From Dehalococcoidia bacterium (GTDB lineage: Bacteria; Chloroflexota; Dehalococcoidia; Plut-88900): 64,000 nt of DNA. The stretch is from NCBI GenBank assembly GCA_965207225.1, contig CBDBLV010000005.1, forward strand, positions 480,001-544,000, read 5' to 3'. Positions within the stretch are counted from its first letter, which is position 1. Every line of letters begins with the position of its first letter. Position numbers and translations under genes: made by a program. Shown in pieces: positions 38,120 through 47,376 of this stretch. Below the pieces are notes generated by a model. It was not told the origin of the DNA and ran no database searches. It was given only the letters and a program-made list of their open reading frames with translations.

Positions 38120-40036
38120 CTAGCGCGCCGCCCCGTCCTTCACAGCGGCCTTCTTGTCGGCTCCCTTCCGAAACATTTCAGGAAAGTCTTTTCTGATGGA
38201 GCCCGCGATTCCCTCCGGAGTAAGCCCCAGCATCTCCAGCAGCTCAGACCTCACCCCGTGCTCGACAAACGTGTCGGGCACACCCAGCGTCTTCACCTTC
38301 GCTCCCTTCGGCATGGCGCTTTCTATCAGCGCCAGCACCCGGGACCCGAATCCGCCGCTTATCATGTGCTCTTCCACCGTAACCACCCGACCCGTCTTCG
38401 CCGCGTTGTCGAGGATCAGCTTTTCATCCAGTGGGTTGATGAACCTGGCGTTAAGCACCGTGCACTCCACGCCGTCCGCCGCCAGGGCCTCCGCCGCCTC
38501 TATCGCCGGGTACACCATCGAACCTATCGCTATGATCGTCAGGTCCTTGCCTTCCCTGACTCTTTCGCCCTTCCCAATCTCCATCGAGTGAGGCTCTGAC
38601 GCCATCGGCACCCCGTACCCCGACCCCCTCGGGTATCGCAGAGCTATCGGCCCGTTATGTTGCACCGCCGTGTACAGAAGGTGTTGCAGCTCGTCCTCGT
38701 CCTTTGGTGCCGCCATCACAATGTTCGGCAGCGATCCCGTAAATGCAATGTCGAAGATTCCCTGGTGCGTCCTTCCGTCCTCTCCGACCAGCCCCGCCCT
38801 GTCCACCCCGATGATCACCGGAAGGTTCTGAAGGCACACATCATGAAGGATCTGGTCGTATGACCTCTGCAGGAACGTCGAGTAGATTGCGACCACCGGC
38901 TTCAGACCGCCCCGTGCCATCCCCGCCGCCACCGTCACCGCGTGCTGCTCTGCCACCCCCACGTCGAACACCCGCTTCGGGAACCGTTTCTCGACCTGCT
39001 TCAGACCCGTCCCCTCCAGCATCGCCGCACTGATCCCGACCACCGCCGGGTTCGCTTCCATCAGCTTTTCCATCGTGTCGGCGAACACCTTCGAATACGT
39101 CGGCGCCCCCGACCCCGCCCCGATTGGCGAGCTCGGCTGGTGGAACTTGATCGGGTCCTGCTCCGCGGGCTCGTGCCCCCTGCCCTTGTGGGTCACAACG
39201 TGTACCAGGGGCGGCTTGTCGTAATACTGCATCGCGTCCCGCAGTACGTGCTCCAGCTCCTCGATGTTGTGCCCGTCAATCGGCCCGATGTACCGGAACC
39301 CCATCTCCTCCCAAAGCAGGTTCGGGATTATCATCCCCTCTATGCTCGTCTTGATCCGCCGGGCCAGCCGCCACACCAGTTCCCCCTGTGGTAGCACCTT
39401 CGCCAGCTCCCGACCCCCTTCCACCAGGTGCCGGAAGTCCGGGTGCAGCGTGATCCGGTTCCGCCAGTTCGTCAGCCACCCCACGTTCTCCGAAATCGAC
39501 ATCCCGTTGTCGTTCAGGATGACCATCAGGTTCTCGGGCTTCTCCTGGGCTATGTTGTTCAGCCCTTCGTAGCTCAACCCCGCCGTCAGCGCCCCGTCAC
39601 CCACCACCCCGACCACGTAACCGCCCTGGTGCGTGAGCGTCAGCGCCGCCGCCATCCCCGCCGCCGCCGAGAGCCCTGTCCCCGCGTGCCCCGCCCCGAA
39701 GATGTCGTGCGGGCTTTCGTGTATCTCTGCAAATCCGGAATATCCGCCCTTTGTCCGGATATTTTCAAACCCATCCTTGCGACCCGTCACCAGCTTGTGC
39801 GTATAGCACTGGTTGCTCGTGTCCCAGACAATCTTGTCATTGGGGCTGTCCAGTATCCGGTGCAGGGCCAGGGTCAACTCCACGACACCCAGGTTGGACG
39901 CCATGTGACCCCCGTTCTTGCTTACCACCCGGATTATTACTTCCCGGATCTCCTCCGCTAGGGTGTCCAGCTCCGTATAGGAGAGCGACTTCAGGTCCTT
40001 GGGGCCGCTTACTTTGTCTAATATATTGTTCGCCAC
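38120..40036 (-). CDS. dxs: 1-deoxy-D-xylulose-5-phosphate synthase
   Basis: GGHMASNLGVVELT, GDGALTAG..NDN, VAEQHAV, RYPRG; start reassigned to GTG 40036 (GAGG RBS). Confidence 0.95.
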   Translation of the reverse strand: MANNILDKVSGPKDLKSLSYTELDTLAEEIREVIIRVVSKNGGHMASNLGVVELTLALHRILDSPNDKIVWDTSNQCYTHKLVTGRKDGFENIRTKGGYSGFAEIHESPHDIFGAGHAGTGLSAAAGMAAALTLTHQGGYVVGVVGDGALTAGLSYEGLNNIAQEKPENLMVILNDNGMSISENVGWLTNWRNRITLHPDFRHLVEGGRELAKVLPQGELVWRLARRIKTSIEGMIIPNLLWEEMGFRYIGPIDGHNIEELEHVLRDAMQYYDKPPLVHVVTHKGRGHEPAEQDPIKFHQPSSPIGAGSGAPTYSKVFADTMEKLMEANPAVVGISAAMLEGTGLKQVEKRFPKRVFDVGVAEQHAVTVAAGMARGGLKPVVAIYSTFLQRSYDQILHDVCLQNLPVIIGVDRAGLVGEDGRTHQGIFDIAFTGSLPNIVMAAPKDEDELQHLLYTAVQHNGPIALRYPRGSGYGVPMASEPHSMEIGKGERVREGKDLTIIAIGSMVYPAIEAAEALAADGVECTVLNARFINPLDEKLILDNAAKTGRVVTVEEHMISGGFGSRVLALIESAMPKGAKVKTLGVPDTFVEHGVRSELLEMLGLTPEGIAGSIRKDFPEMFRKGADKKAAVKDGAAR

Positions 40037-40201
40037 GAATATTCCTCGCTGTCTATGACTAATAAGGCCTGCCGAATTTGGTCTCGGCCAAATAAACACC
40101 AAATCGGCAGGCAGGACAACTATATCGACAGCCGAGGTACTAGGCTAACACACCCCCCAAACCCCGTCAAACCACCCCCCGCCCCCTTCCGTATTGCCTG
40201 T

Positions 40202-40227
40202 CATTCCGATTCCCCGCGATGAATCTG
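40202..40227 (+). repeat. Repeat B copy 3
   Basis: CATTCCGATTCCCCGCGATGAATCTG. Confidence 0.75.
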
Positions 40228-40310
40228 AGGTGAGGCACTTCCTCCCCCACTTCCTATAGCAGTAGGGTTAGATATCGTGCCCGCCCTTTCCCTGATTCCG
40301 TTGCCCCTCC

Positions 40311-40432
40311 CCCCAGTACCAAACTAGAGGCATGCACCTGCGCCAAGGCGCAGGTGCATGCCTCTGTTTATTCGTCCCCCTCTCCCTTAAAGGCCCTAAG
40401 GGAGAGGGGGATCAAGGGGGTGAGGGTTCCCC
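40311..40432 (+). repeat. Repeat A copy 2
   Basis: Perfect 18-bp stem 40326-40343/40348-40365, followed by the CCCCCTCTCCCTTA..TAAGGGAGAGGGGG hairpin. Confidence 0.92.
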
Positions 40433-40454
40433 GTCCTACCTGTGGCAGGGTCGC

Positions 40455-41759
40455 TTAAACCCTCCGCCCCCCACCCCAAACCCGCCCCCGAAACACCACG
40501 GCAAACACCAACAATGATGCCCCCATCAGACATGCATTCCCCACATACACCCACGACAACGAAGTAAACCCCAGCACCAGGTACCCCACCAGCGGCCCGA
40601 ACGCCGACCCCAGATCCTGCCACGTAGCGTACCTGCTCATCACCGTAGACCTTCGTTCTCTGGGCGCCAGATCGCCGGCCAGGGCGTCGGATGAAGCCCC
40701 CAACGCCGCCGCACTGATGAATCCGACCGGCAGCCAGAGGAGTGTCAGGGCCAGCGTCCCCGGGAATGCCAGGAGCAGCACCATGGCTATGCTCAATGGG
40801 GCCGCCAGCAGGACTACCCGTTCCCTTCCGATCCGGTCTCCCATGTGCCCCAATATCGGCCCCCCCAGTGCTGCGATCCAGTTTGTCGCCAACAGTATCC
40901 CATTCAGCGTCGCAGTCCCCAGCATCCATCCCCCCACTGACGCCCCATCCTCTCCCAGCACTTCACTGAGGAAGAAACCGAGAGTCGATACAACTATTCC
41001 ACCCAGGGCGAAATAGAAAACGAACGAGTTGAGGAACAGCGCCAGCAACCGGCCAGTCCTGCCGTCTCCTTCCGACGAACTCCTGCCCAGCAGCATCCCC
41101 TGCAGGAAACTGCCATCCTCCTCTGGCTCTGGGGGATTGTTTATGGTCGGGGGAATAGGGCCTTGACGTTCGACACCACCGCCACTGCGACTCCTCCAGA
41201 AATTTATCATCAGCGGCACCCCTAGTACTCCCAACCCCGCAACTATCGCAAAGCTCGCTAGGCGACCCGTCACGTCAAAAAGGATCCCCCCAAGCAGTAC
41301 CCCGACTATGCTCCCTGCCCGCTGCCCACCGCTGAACAGGCCCATCAGGCGCGCCCGGTCTCGTTCCTTGCCCTCCTCCAGTACCGTCACGTAGCCCCCA
41401 AGCCTGAGAATCGAATAGCACAGGCCCCACAACAGACGCGTGATCAGCAAAGCGGCAAAACCGGGGCCCAGGCCGTATGCCAGCGTTGTCCCAATTGACA
41501 GTACGACCGCTACTGCCAGTGGCTTTTCCACCCCAAATCGCCTGAAAAGCCGGTCAGCCAGCGGGTTGGACGCCAGCCTAACGAACCTGTTCGCGCTCAG
41601 CAGCACCCCCACCAGCCCCGCCGACACCCCAAACGCCGATACATTGGACGGCAGCACGGCATATATCATCGAGTCCCCCATGATCACCGCCCCCACAATC
41701 GCCGTGACCACAAACACCCGCCCCGGCGCAAACCCATAGTCCTTTCCCCTGATACCCAT
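40455..41759 (-). CDS. MFS transporter
   Basis: About 12 hydrophobic segments, LLSANRFVR, GDRIGR, DLGSAFGP; start reassigned to ATG 41759. Confidence 0.88.
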   Translation of the reverse strand: MGIRGKDYGFAPGRVFVVTAIVGAVIMGDSMIYAVLPSNVSAFGVSAGLVGVLLSANRFVRLASNPLADRLFRRFGVEKPLAVAVVLSIGTTLAYGLGPGFAALLITRLLWGLCYSILRLGGYVTVLEEGKERDRARLMGLFSGGQRAGSIVGVLLGGILFDVTGRLASFAIVAGLGVLGVPLMINFWRSRSGGGVERQGPIPPTINNPPEPEEDGSFLQGMLLGRSSSEGDGRTGRLLALFLNSFVFYFALGGIVVSTLGFFLSEVLGEDGASVGGWMLGTATLNGILLATNWIAALGGPILGHMGDRIGRERVVLLAAPLSIAMVLLLAFPGTLALTLLWLPVGFISAAALGASSDALAGDLAPRERRSTVMSRYATWQDLGSAFGPLVGYLVLGFTSLSWVYVGNACLMGASLLVFAVVFRGRVWGGGRRV

Positions 41760-41946
41760 GGCCCACAACTCTACCACCCCGTCTCGCCTCCTGCCCCAAC
41801 CCAAATCTAGTATTCTCCTCTCACAGCGAACCACTTGATGTATGACCGTTGGCCAACCTCCCGCCTTGACAACGCCCCCGCGCGGGTGTTCCATTACCTC
41901 GCCCCTCCACCACTACCAACAAACCACCACCCAGGACTTGAACAAC

Positions 41947-43230
41947 ATGCGACTGGACCTCGCCTCATTCAACGCCGACCGCATCACCCTCGCCAACGAG
42001 ACCCGTCTCTCCGACGGCGAACTCCGCGTCGACGCCTCAGCCGTCAAAGCCCTTGTCTTGGAAGAAGACCTCTTTCAGGACGTAGATGTCCACGCCATCC
42101 ACCCTGGAGACCACGTCCGTATCCTCCACGCCCTTGACGTCGTCGAACCCCGACACAAGGTATCGGGCCCCGGCCAGGTGTTTCCGGGAGTCCTCGGCCC
42201 GCCCCTTTCCGTCGGTGAAGGCCGCACCCACGTCCTGCGCGGCGCCACAGTGATAACGGCGGGTGAACCCGTCGAAGGCGAACCCGTCTACTGGCGCGAG
42301 GCCATCATCGATATGTTCGGCCCGGGCGCCGACTACACACCCTTCTCCAGCACCGCCAACCTCGTCCTCGATATCAAAGCCCGCCCCGTTGGCGACGCCG
42401 ATACCAAATACGACAACACCATCATGGGCTCGGGCCACGCCGGAAAGTACAACAGGGCCGTTCGCAAGGCCGGCTTCAAGGTCGCCAGTTGGCTCGCCTC
42501 CATCACTGCGGACATGCCCCCCGACTCCGTCGAAACCTTCGAACTCACACCCGTGGACCCCGCCCTCCCTAAGCTCTTCTACGCCAGCCAGGAGTCCACC
42601 CAGTTCCTCTACGGCGAGACCATGGGCTGGCAGCCCACCCTCATCCACCCCAACGAATACGCAGACGGCGTCATATACCGCGCCTTCAACGGCCCCGCCA
42701 GCATCAGGGAGGCCTCCTACTTCTACCAGAACCACCGCGTCCTCGCCGACATGTATGCCCGGCACGGCAAGGACATCGACTTCGGAGGCGTCCTCCTATA
42801 CCCCTTCGGCCCCGAGCGCCTCGAAGAGAAGGAACGCATAACGGGCTTCGCCGCCAAGCTCCTCGACCTTATGGATGCCGACGGCGTGGTCATCTCCTTC
42901 GTGGGTGGCGGACACCCGGGCATTGACCCCATGCTCCTCTGCCAGAAGTGCGAGCAGTTGGGCATCCGCACCACCCTGATGTACCCCGAGATGGCCGCCG
43001 GCTCCTCCGATCCCGGCTTCGTCCACTTCGTCCCCGAGGCCGACGCCGTTGTCAGCGTCGGCAACTACGAGGAAATCGTCACCCTCCCCCCCGCCCTCAC
43101 CGTCATCGGCGGCACGAAGGTCCACATTTCCGATCTCGACGCCTACGGCGAGCTTCCCGTCACCATCCGACACCTCTACGGCGCCTCCAGCCCCATGGGC
43201 GACTGGAAACTGGCGGGCGTCCAGTATTAG
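41947..43230 (+). CDS. Glycine/sarcosine/betaine reductase component B proprotein-like (GrdE family), paralogue 1
   Basis: MRLDL, DVVEPRHK, FPG, EAIIDMFGPGADYTPFS, PTLIHPNE.DG, EADAVVSVGN; ATG 41947. Confidence 0.85.
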   Translation: MRLDLASFNADRITLANETRLSDGELRVDASAVKALVLEEDLFQDVDVHAIHPGDHVRILHALDVVEPRHKVSGPGQVFPGVLGPPLSVGEGRTHVLRGATVITAGEPVEGEPVYWREAIIDMFGPGADYTPFSSTANLVLDIKARPVGDADTKYDNTIMGSGHAGKYNRAVRKAGFKVASWLASITADMPPDSVETFELTPVDPALPKLFYASQESTQFLYGETMGWQPTLIHPNEYADGVIYRAFNGPASIREASYFYQNHRVLADMYARHGKDIDFGGVLLYPFGPERLEEKERITGFAAKLLDLMDADGVVISFVGGGHPGIDPMLLCQKCEQLGIRTTLMYPEMAAGSSDPGFVHFVPEADAVVSVGNYEEIVTLPPALTVIGGTKVHISDLDAYGELPVTIRHLYGASSPMGDWKLAGVQY

Positions 43231-43244
43231 GTTTTCTCGGCATC

Positions 43245-44543
43245 ATGCGCCTGGAACTCGCCCGACACCCCATACGCGATATCCACCTCTCCGACTCCAC
43301 TCGCCTCTCCGGCGATGTCCTTCACATCTGTACCGACGACATCCGTGACATCGTCACCTCCTCCGGCCCCTTTGTTGAAGTTGATGTCCACGTCGCCCGA
43401 CCCGGCGATAAGACCCGCATAATCAACGTCCTTGACGCCGTGGAGCCCCGGCACAAGGCCTCTGGCCCGGGAACTGTCTTCCCCGGCATGGTTGGCCCCC
43501 CGGTCTCCGTAGGAAAGGGCCTCGATCACGTTCTGGATGGCATGGCCGTCGTCGCCGTCGGTGAACCCGCCCCCGGCGAGTCCGTCCATTGGCGGGACAG
43601 CGTCGTCGATATGTGGGGTGAAGGTGCTCAGTACACCCCCTTCTCCCGTACCCTAAACCTCGTCATCCACATCAAGGGCAAGTCCGACTTCAATCCCGAA
43701 GAGCTCCGCCAGCAGGCCCATCTCGACCAGATCGACGGCTCAGACTACGCTCGCGCCTACAACTTCGCCGCCCGACGCGCCATCTTCAAAGTCGCCGACT
43801 TCCTCGCCTCCTCCGCCCGGGACGCCACTCCAGACTCAACCGAGGTCCTGGAACTCCCGCCCGTCAACCCCGACCTGCCCCGCGTCTACTACGTCTGTCA
43901 GCTTCACCGAGACCGCTGGCTCTACGCCGAGAAGATGGGCTGGCAGCCAACCTTCGTCCACCCCAACGAATTGTTCGACGGAGCCGTATTTAGCAGCTTT
44001 ATGGGCCCCGGCGGCTCCCGAGACTGTTCCTATTTCTATCAGAATAGCCCCGTCACCCGACAGCTTTACCGGCGCCACGGCGTCGACCTCAACTTCGCCG
44101 GCGTCCTCCTCTGGTTCTACGGCCCCATGAGCGTCGAAGAGAAAGACCGCATTGGCAGCTACGCAACCAAGCTCCTGCGCATGGTCAAGGCCGATGGCGC
44201 AGTCCTCACCTGGATAGGCGATGGCCAGTCCGGCGTCGACGTCATGATGATGTGCCAGAAATTCGAGCAGGCCGGCATCCACACCACCGTCCTCAGCCCC
44301 GAGATGGCCCCTGGCCCCAACGACCCCGGCTTCGTCCACTTCGTCTCCGAGGCCGATGCCCTCGTCAGCACCGGCAACTACGAGATGACCGTCCACATGC
44401 AACCCCCGGACCGCCTCCTGGGCGGCACTCACCTCGCCGTCCGCCCCATCGACGCCTCCGGCCCGTTATCCCTTCCCCTCCGCTTCATCTATGGCTCCGT
44501 CAACCCCGCCGGCTTCAACCGCCTGGCAGGAGTCGGATATTAA
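43245..44543 (+). CDS. GrdE-family protein, paralogue 2
   Basis: Same motif series (DAVEPRHK, DMWGEGAQYTPFS, HPNELFDGA, EADALVSTGN); ATG 43245. Confidence 0.85.
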   Translation: MRLELARHPIRDIHLSDSTRLSGDVLHICTDDIRDIVTSSGPFVEVDVHVARPGDKTRIINVLDAVEPRHKASGPGTVFPGMVGPPVSVGKGLDHVLDGMAVVAVGEPAPGESVHWRDSVVDMWGEGAQYTPFSRTLNLVIHIKGKSDFNPEELRQQAHLDQIDGSDYARAYNFAARRAIFKVADFLASSARDATPDSTEVLELPPVNPDLPRVYYVCQLHRDRWLYAEKMGWQPTFVHPNELFDGAVFSSFMGPGGSRDCSYFYQNSPVTRQLYRRHGVDLNFAGVLLWFYGPMSVEEKDRIGSYATKLLRMVKADGAVLTWIGDGQSGVDVMMMCQKFEQAGIHTTVLSPEMAPGPNDPGFVHFVSEADALVSTGNYEMTVHMQPPDRLLGGTHLAVRPIDASGPLSLPLRFIYGSVNPAGFNRLAGVGY

Positions 44544-44630
44544 CACTGCTATTGCTTCCTGATTGGATTAGACGTATTTCTGTATTTGCGTCATAATCTT
44601 TGCGTCAACGAAACAGTTGCAGGACGGCGA

Positions 44631-44936
44631 ATGATGCAAGAAAAAAAGAAAAGACTAACCCTGGACCTTGATGCACCCCTACAGCGACGCCTCAAGGCCG
44701 TCGCCGCCCTTAAGGGCGTCAGCATGAGGCAATACTGCCAGTCAGCCATCGAACAACGACTGGCTCAGGAGAAGTCGGGCGAAAAGCAGAACTCTCCTTC
44801 CTCGGACGAAGCCTTTGAGCGTCTCGTGGCTTTCAGGGAAGAAATCTTTGGTGACAGAGTGCTCCCCGGCAGTTCGGTGGATCTGATTCGGGAGGCACGC
44901 GAAATCCGAGACAAGGAGTTGGAATTCTTACTGTGA
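44631..44936 (+). CDS. Antitoxin with ribbon-helix-helix N-terminus (VapB-like)
   Basis: KKRLTLDLDAPLQRRLKAVAALKGVSMRQY, C-terminal SVDLIREARE; GTGA overlap with the PIN gene. Confidence 0.8.
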   Translation: MMQEKKKRLTLDLDAPLQRRLKAVAALKGVSMRQYCQSAIEQRLAQEKSGEKQNSPSSDEAFERLVAFREEIFGDRVLPGSSVDLIREAREIRDKELEFLL

Positions 44937-45370
44937 ACGGCCAGGTCGTAGTGGATGCGAGTTTGGTCTTCAAATGGCTGGTGAAGGAAGAATTAACTGA
45001 GGAAGCCACTTCTCTCAGGAGATCTTGGGTTGAGCAAGATGTAACCCTCATTGCTCCATACTTCATGCTCGCCGAAGTCACTAATATTCTCCACCGTCGG
45101 GTTGTCAAGGGAGAGATCACTTTGCAGACTGGGACTGACCTGATTGACAAGCTAATCGATATGGACATCCAGCTCGTAGAGACTCACCACCTCCACCACC
45201 GAGCCCTCGAGCTCGCCTCCCAGCTAAATCAGGGCGCCGCCTACGACTCCCACTACCTCGCCCTCGCCGAGACCCTCGGCTGCGATCTCTGGACCGCCGA
45301 CCAGCGACTCCAACGCACCTCCTCCTCCCTTTCCCCGGCAGTCCACTGGCTCGGTGAGCTTATATCTTGA
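44933..45370 (+). CDS. vapC: PIN-domain toxin
   Basis: VVDAS, AEVTN, AYDSHYLALA, WTAD acidic tetrad. Confidence 0.9.
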   Translation: MNGQVVVDASLVFKWLVKEELTEEATSLRRSWVEQDVTLIAPYFMLAEVTNILHRRVVKGEITLQTGTDLIDKLIDMDIQLVETHHLHHRALELASQLNQGAAYDSHYLALAETLGCDLWTADQRLQRTSSSLSPAVHWLGELIS

Positions 45371-46662
45371 AACTCGAAATCCACACTTTCACTGTCGATA
45401 ATGCACAATTCGCCCCCGAGACCCGCCTCTCCGAACACACCCTCCACATAGACCGCCAGTCCGTCATAGACCTGGTCTCCCAGGACGAACACTTCCGGAA
45501 CGTCGAACTCCACCTCGTCCACCCCGGCGAACACATCCGCCTCATCAACGTCCTCGACGTCATCGAACCCCGACACAAACCCTCCGGCCCCGCCAGGATC
45601 TTCCCCGGCCTCCTCGGCCCCCCGACACCCGTGGGCTCCGGCCGCACCGACCGCCTCACTAACCCCCTGGTCGTCGTATGCAGCGAGCCCATGACCGACG
45701 AACCCGTCTACTGGCGAGATTCCATCATGGACATGACCGGCCCCCTGGCCCCGTACAACACATTCCGTAACAACCACCTCCTCGTCCTTGAACTGAACCC
45801 CCGGCTGCTCGAAGAATCCACCGATGAGCGTGCCTCCGCCCTCAACAGCCACGCCTACGGAGCGGGCCACGTCCAGGAATACAATCACGCCGCCCGTATG
45901 GCAGGATTCAGAGTAGCCGAATACCTCTCACGCTCGGCTAACGGACCGGCTACCGACATCGTGGACACCTACCAGCTCACCCAATCCAACTCCCGACTCC
46001 CCAGGGTCGTTTTTGCCTGTCAGCTGGTCCTCCACAAGGTATACGGTGAAATCTTCGGCTGGCAGCCGACTCTTCTCCACCCCAATGAGCTGTTCGACGG
46101 CGCAGTCTACAACCCCTTCAACCCGCCCGCCTGCGGACGGGAGACCACCTACTACCTGCAAAACCACCCGGTTGTCCGCTGCCTGTACGATCTGCACAAC
46201 AGGCAGATTGACTTCGCAGGCGTCCTCCTCCAGCGGGCTCAGGTCCTCAGCCAGGACGACAAAGACCGCACCACCGACTACTCCCTGAAACTCCTCCAAA
46301 TGCTGCGCACCGACGGCCTTGTCCTCACCTGGTCCGGCTCCGGTAACCCCGGCGTCGACACCATGATGCTCGCAGCCAAGGCCGAGAAGGCGGGCATCAA
46401 GACCACCGTCGTCAACTCGGAGATGTCAAAGTACCCCGGCGATACCGGCATCACCTTCTTCCCCCCCGAAGCCGACGCCGTTGTCTGCGCCGGGAACTAC
46501 GAAGAGGAAATCGACCTGCCTCGCATCGACCACGTCATCGGCGGCTCGACCCTCGGCGCCCCTCCCCTCGACCCCCGGGGCCCCATGACCCTCTCCCTCC
46601 GCTATCTCCTCGGCGCCACCAACGTCACCGGCGCCAACACCCTCTCCAGCATCTCCTATTGA
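45367..46662 (+). CDS. GrdE-family protein, paralogue 3
   Basis: DVIEPRHK, DMTGP, HPNELFDGA, GNPGVD, EADAVV; TTG start overlaps the vapC stop. Confidence 0.85.
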   Translation: MKLEIHTFTVDNAQFAPETRLSEHTLHIDRQSVIDLVSQDEHFRNVELHLVHPGEHIRLINVLDVIEPRHKPSGPARIFPGLLGPPTPVGSGRTDRLTNPLVVVCSEPMTDEPVYWRDSIMDMTGPLAPYNTFRNNHLLVLELNPRLLEESTDERASALNSHAYGAGHVQEYNHAARMAGFRVAEYLSRSANGPATDIVDTYQLTQSNSRLPRVVFACQLVLHKVYGEIFGWQPTLLHPNELFDGAVYNPFNPPACGRETTYYLQNHPVVRCLYDLHNRQIDFAGVLLQRAQVLSQDDKDRTTDYSLKLLQMLRTDGLVLTWSGSGNPGVDTMMLAAKAEKAGIKTTVVNSEMSKYPGDTGITFFPPEADAVVCAGNYEEEIDLPRIDHVIGGSTLGAPPLDPRGPMTLSLRYLLGATNVTGANTLSSISY

Positions 46663-46668
46663 CCAGAG

Positions 46669-47376
46669 TTATGTCTGCGATTTGTTAAGAAGTTCGGGGT
46701 CTCGCACAGTCCTGAATGTCAGTGACAAACGACGTTTCCGACCTCTCCGCCCACCAGGAGTAAGCTCGCTCTTACGAGGAGCGATCCCATGCTGCCAAAC
46801 ATGACGCGCATCTTTGGTCAAAAATGTGCACGACCCTTTTGGAAGCAGTGCTGGTGATTTGTCCTTCCAGTTCTCTGAAAAGTCCATCTCCCAGTCGTCC
46901 AATAGGGAAATCATGCATACAGTGCTGCCAAACCCTGGATGGTCAATATGTGTGGCTATCCCCTGCCCCGGCTCGTATTCATTCACAATGACTTGCTCCG
47001 GCACCCGATCAAATAGGCCAGTTTCGTCATACAGCCTTCTCGAGAGCGCGGCAAGCCACGTGGGTAACGGGCCTACACGCATGTCCGAGGTTATGGCTTT
47101 TGCCTTGTAGTCGTATAACCAACCGTAGTGTTGTACCCGACGCCGTAAATCCTCTCGCCACATATCTTCGGCAGCATCCACCTGCTTCACACATACGGCC
47201 TGTTCTTCAGGCGTCAGGAAACCCTCCCAAATTCTGAGTCCCGGGACGAGAGCTACATGCTGTAAACCCGTAAGACCGCTCACCTCACGATTGATGTGGC
47301 GCCCTGCTATAAGGATGTCAGGATCCATCTCTAGTAAGGGCAACTGGTTGCTCATGCCAAAGCCTCCTATTTTCAT
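46669..47376 (-). CDS. AlkB-like 2OG-Fe(II) dioxygenase
   Basis: RRVQHYGWLYDY, VNEYEPGQGIATHID, WQHGI, RLSLTFR. Confidence 0.9.
   Translation of the reverse strand: MKIGGFGMSNQLPLLEMDPDILIAGRHINREVSGLTGLQHVALVPGLRIWEGFLTPEEQAVCVKQVDAAEDMWREDLRRRVQHYGWLYDYKAKAITSDMRVGPLPTWLAALSRRLYDETGLFDRVPEQVIVNEYEPGQGIATHIDHPGFGSTVCMISLLDDWEMDFSENWKDKSPALLPKGSCTFLTKDARHVWQHGIAPRKSELTPGGRRGRKRRLSLTFRTVRDPELLNKSQT

Noticed and set aside
41947-46662. Functional Stickland glycine reductase or a hidden selenoprotein
   Set aside because: No GrdA/B/C/D, and no in-frame TGA read-through candidate was seen.
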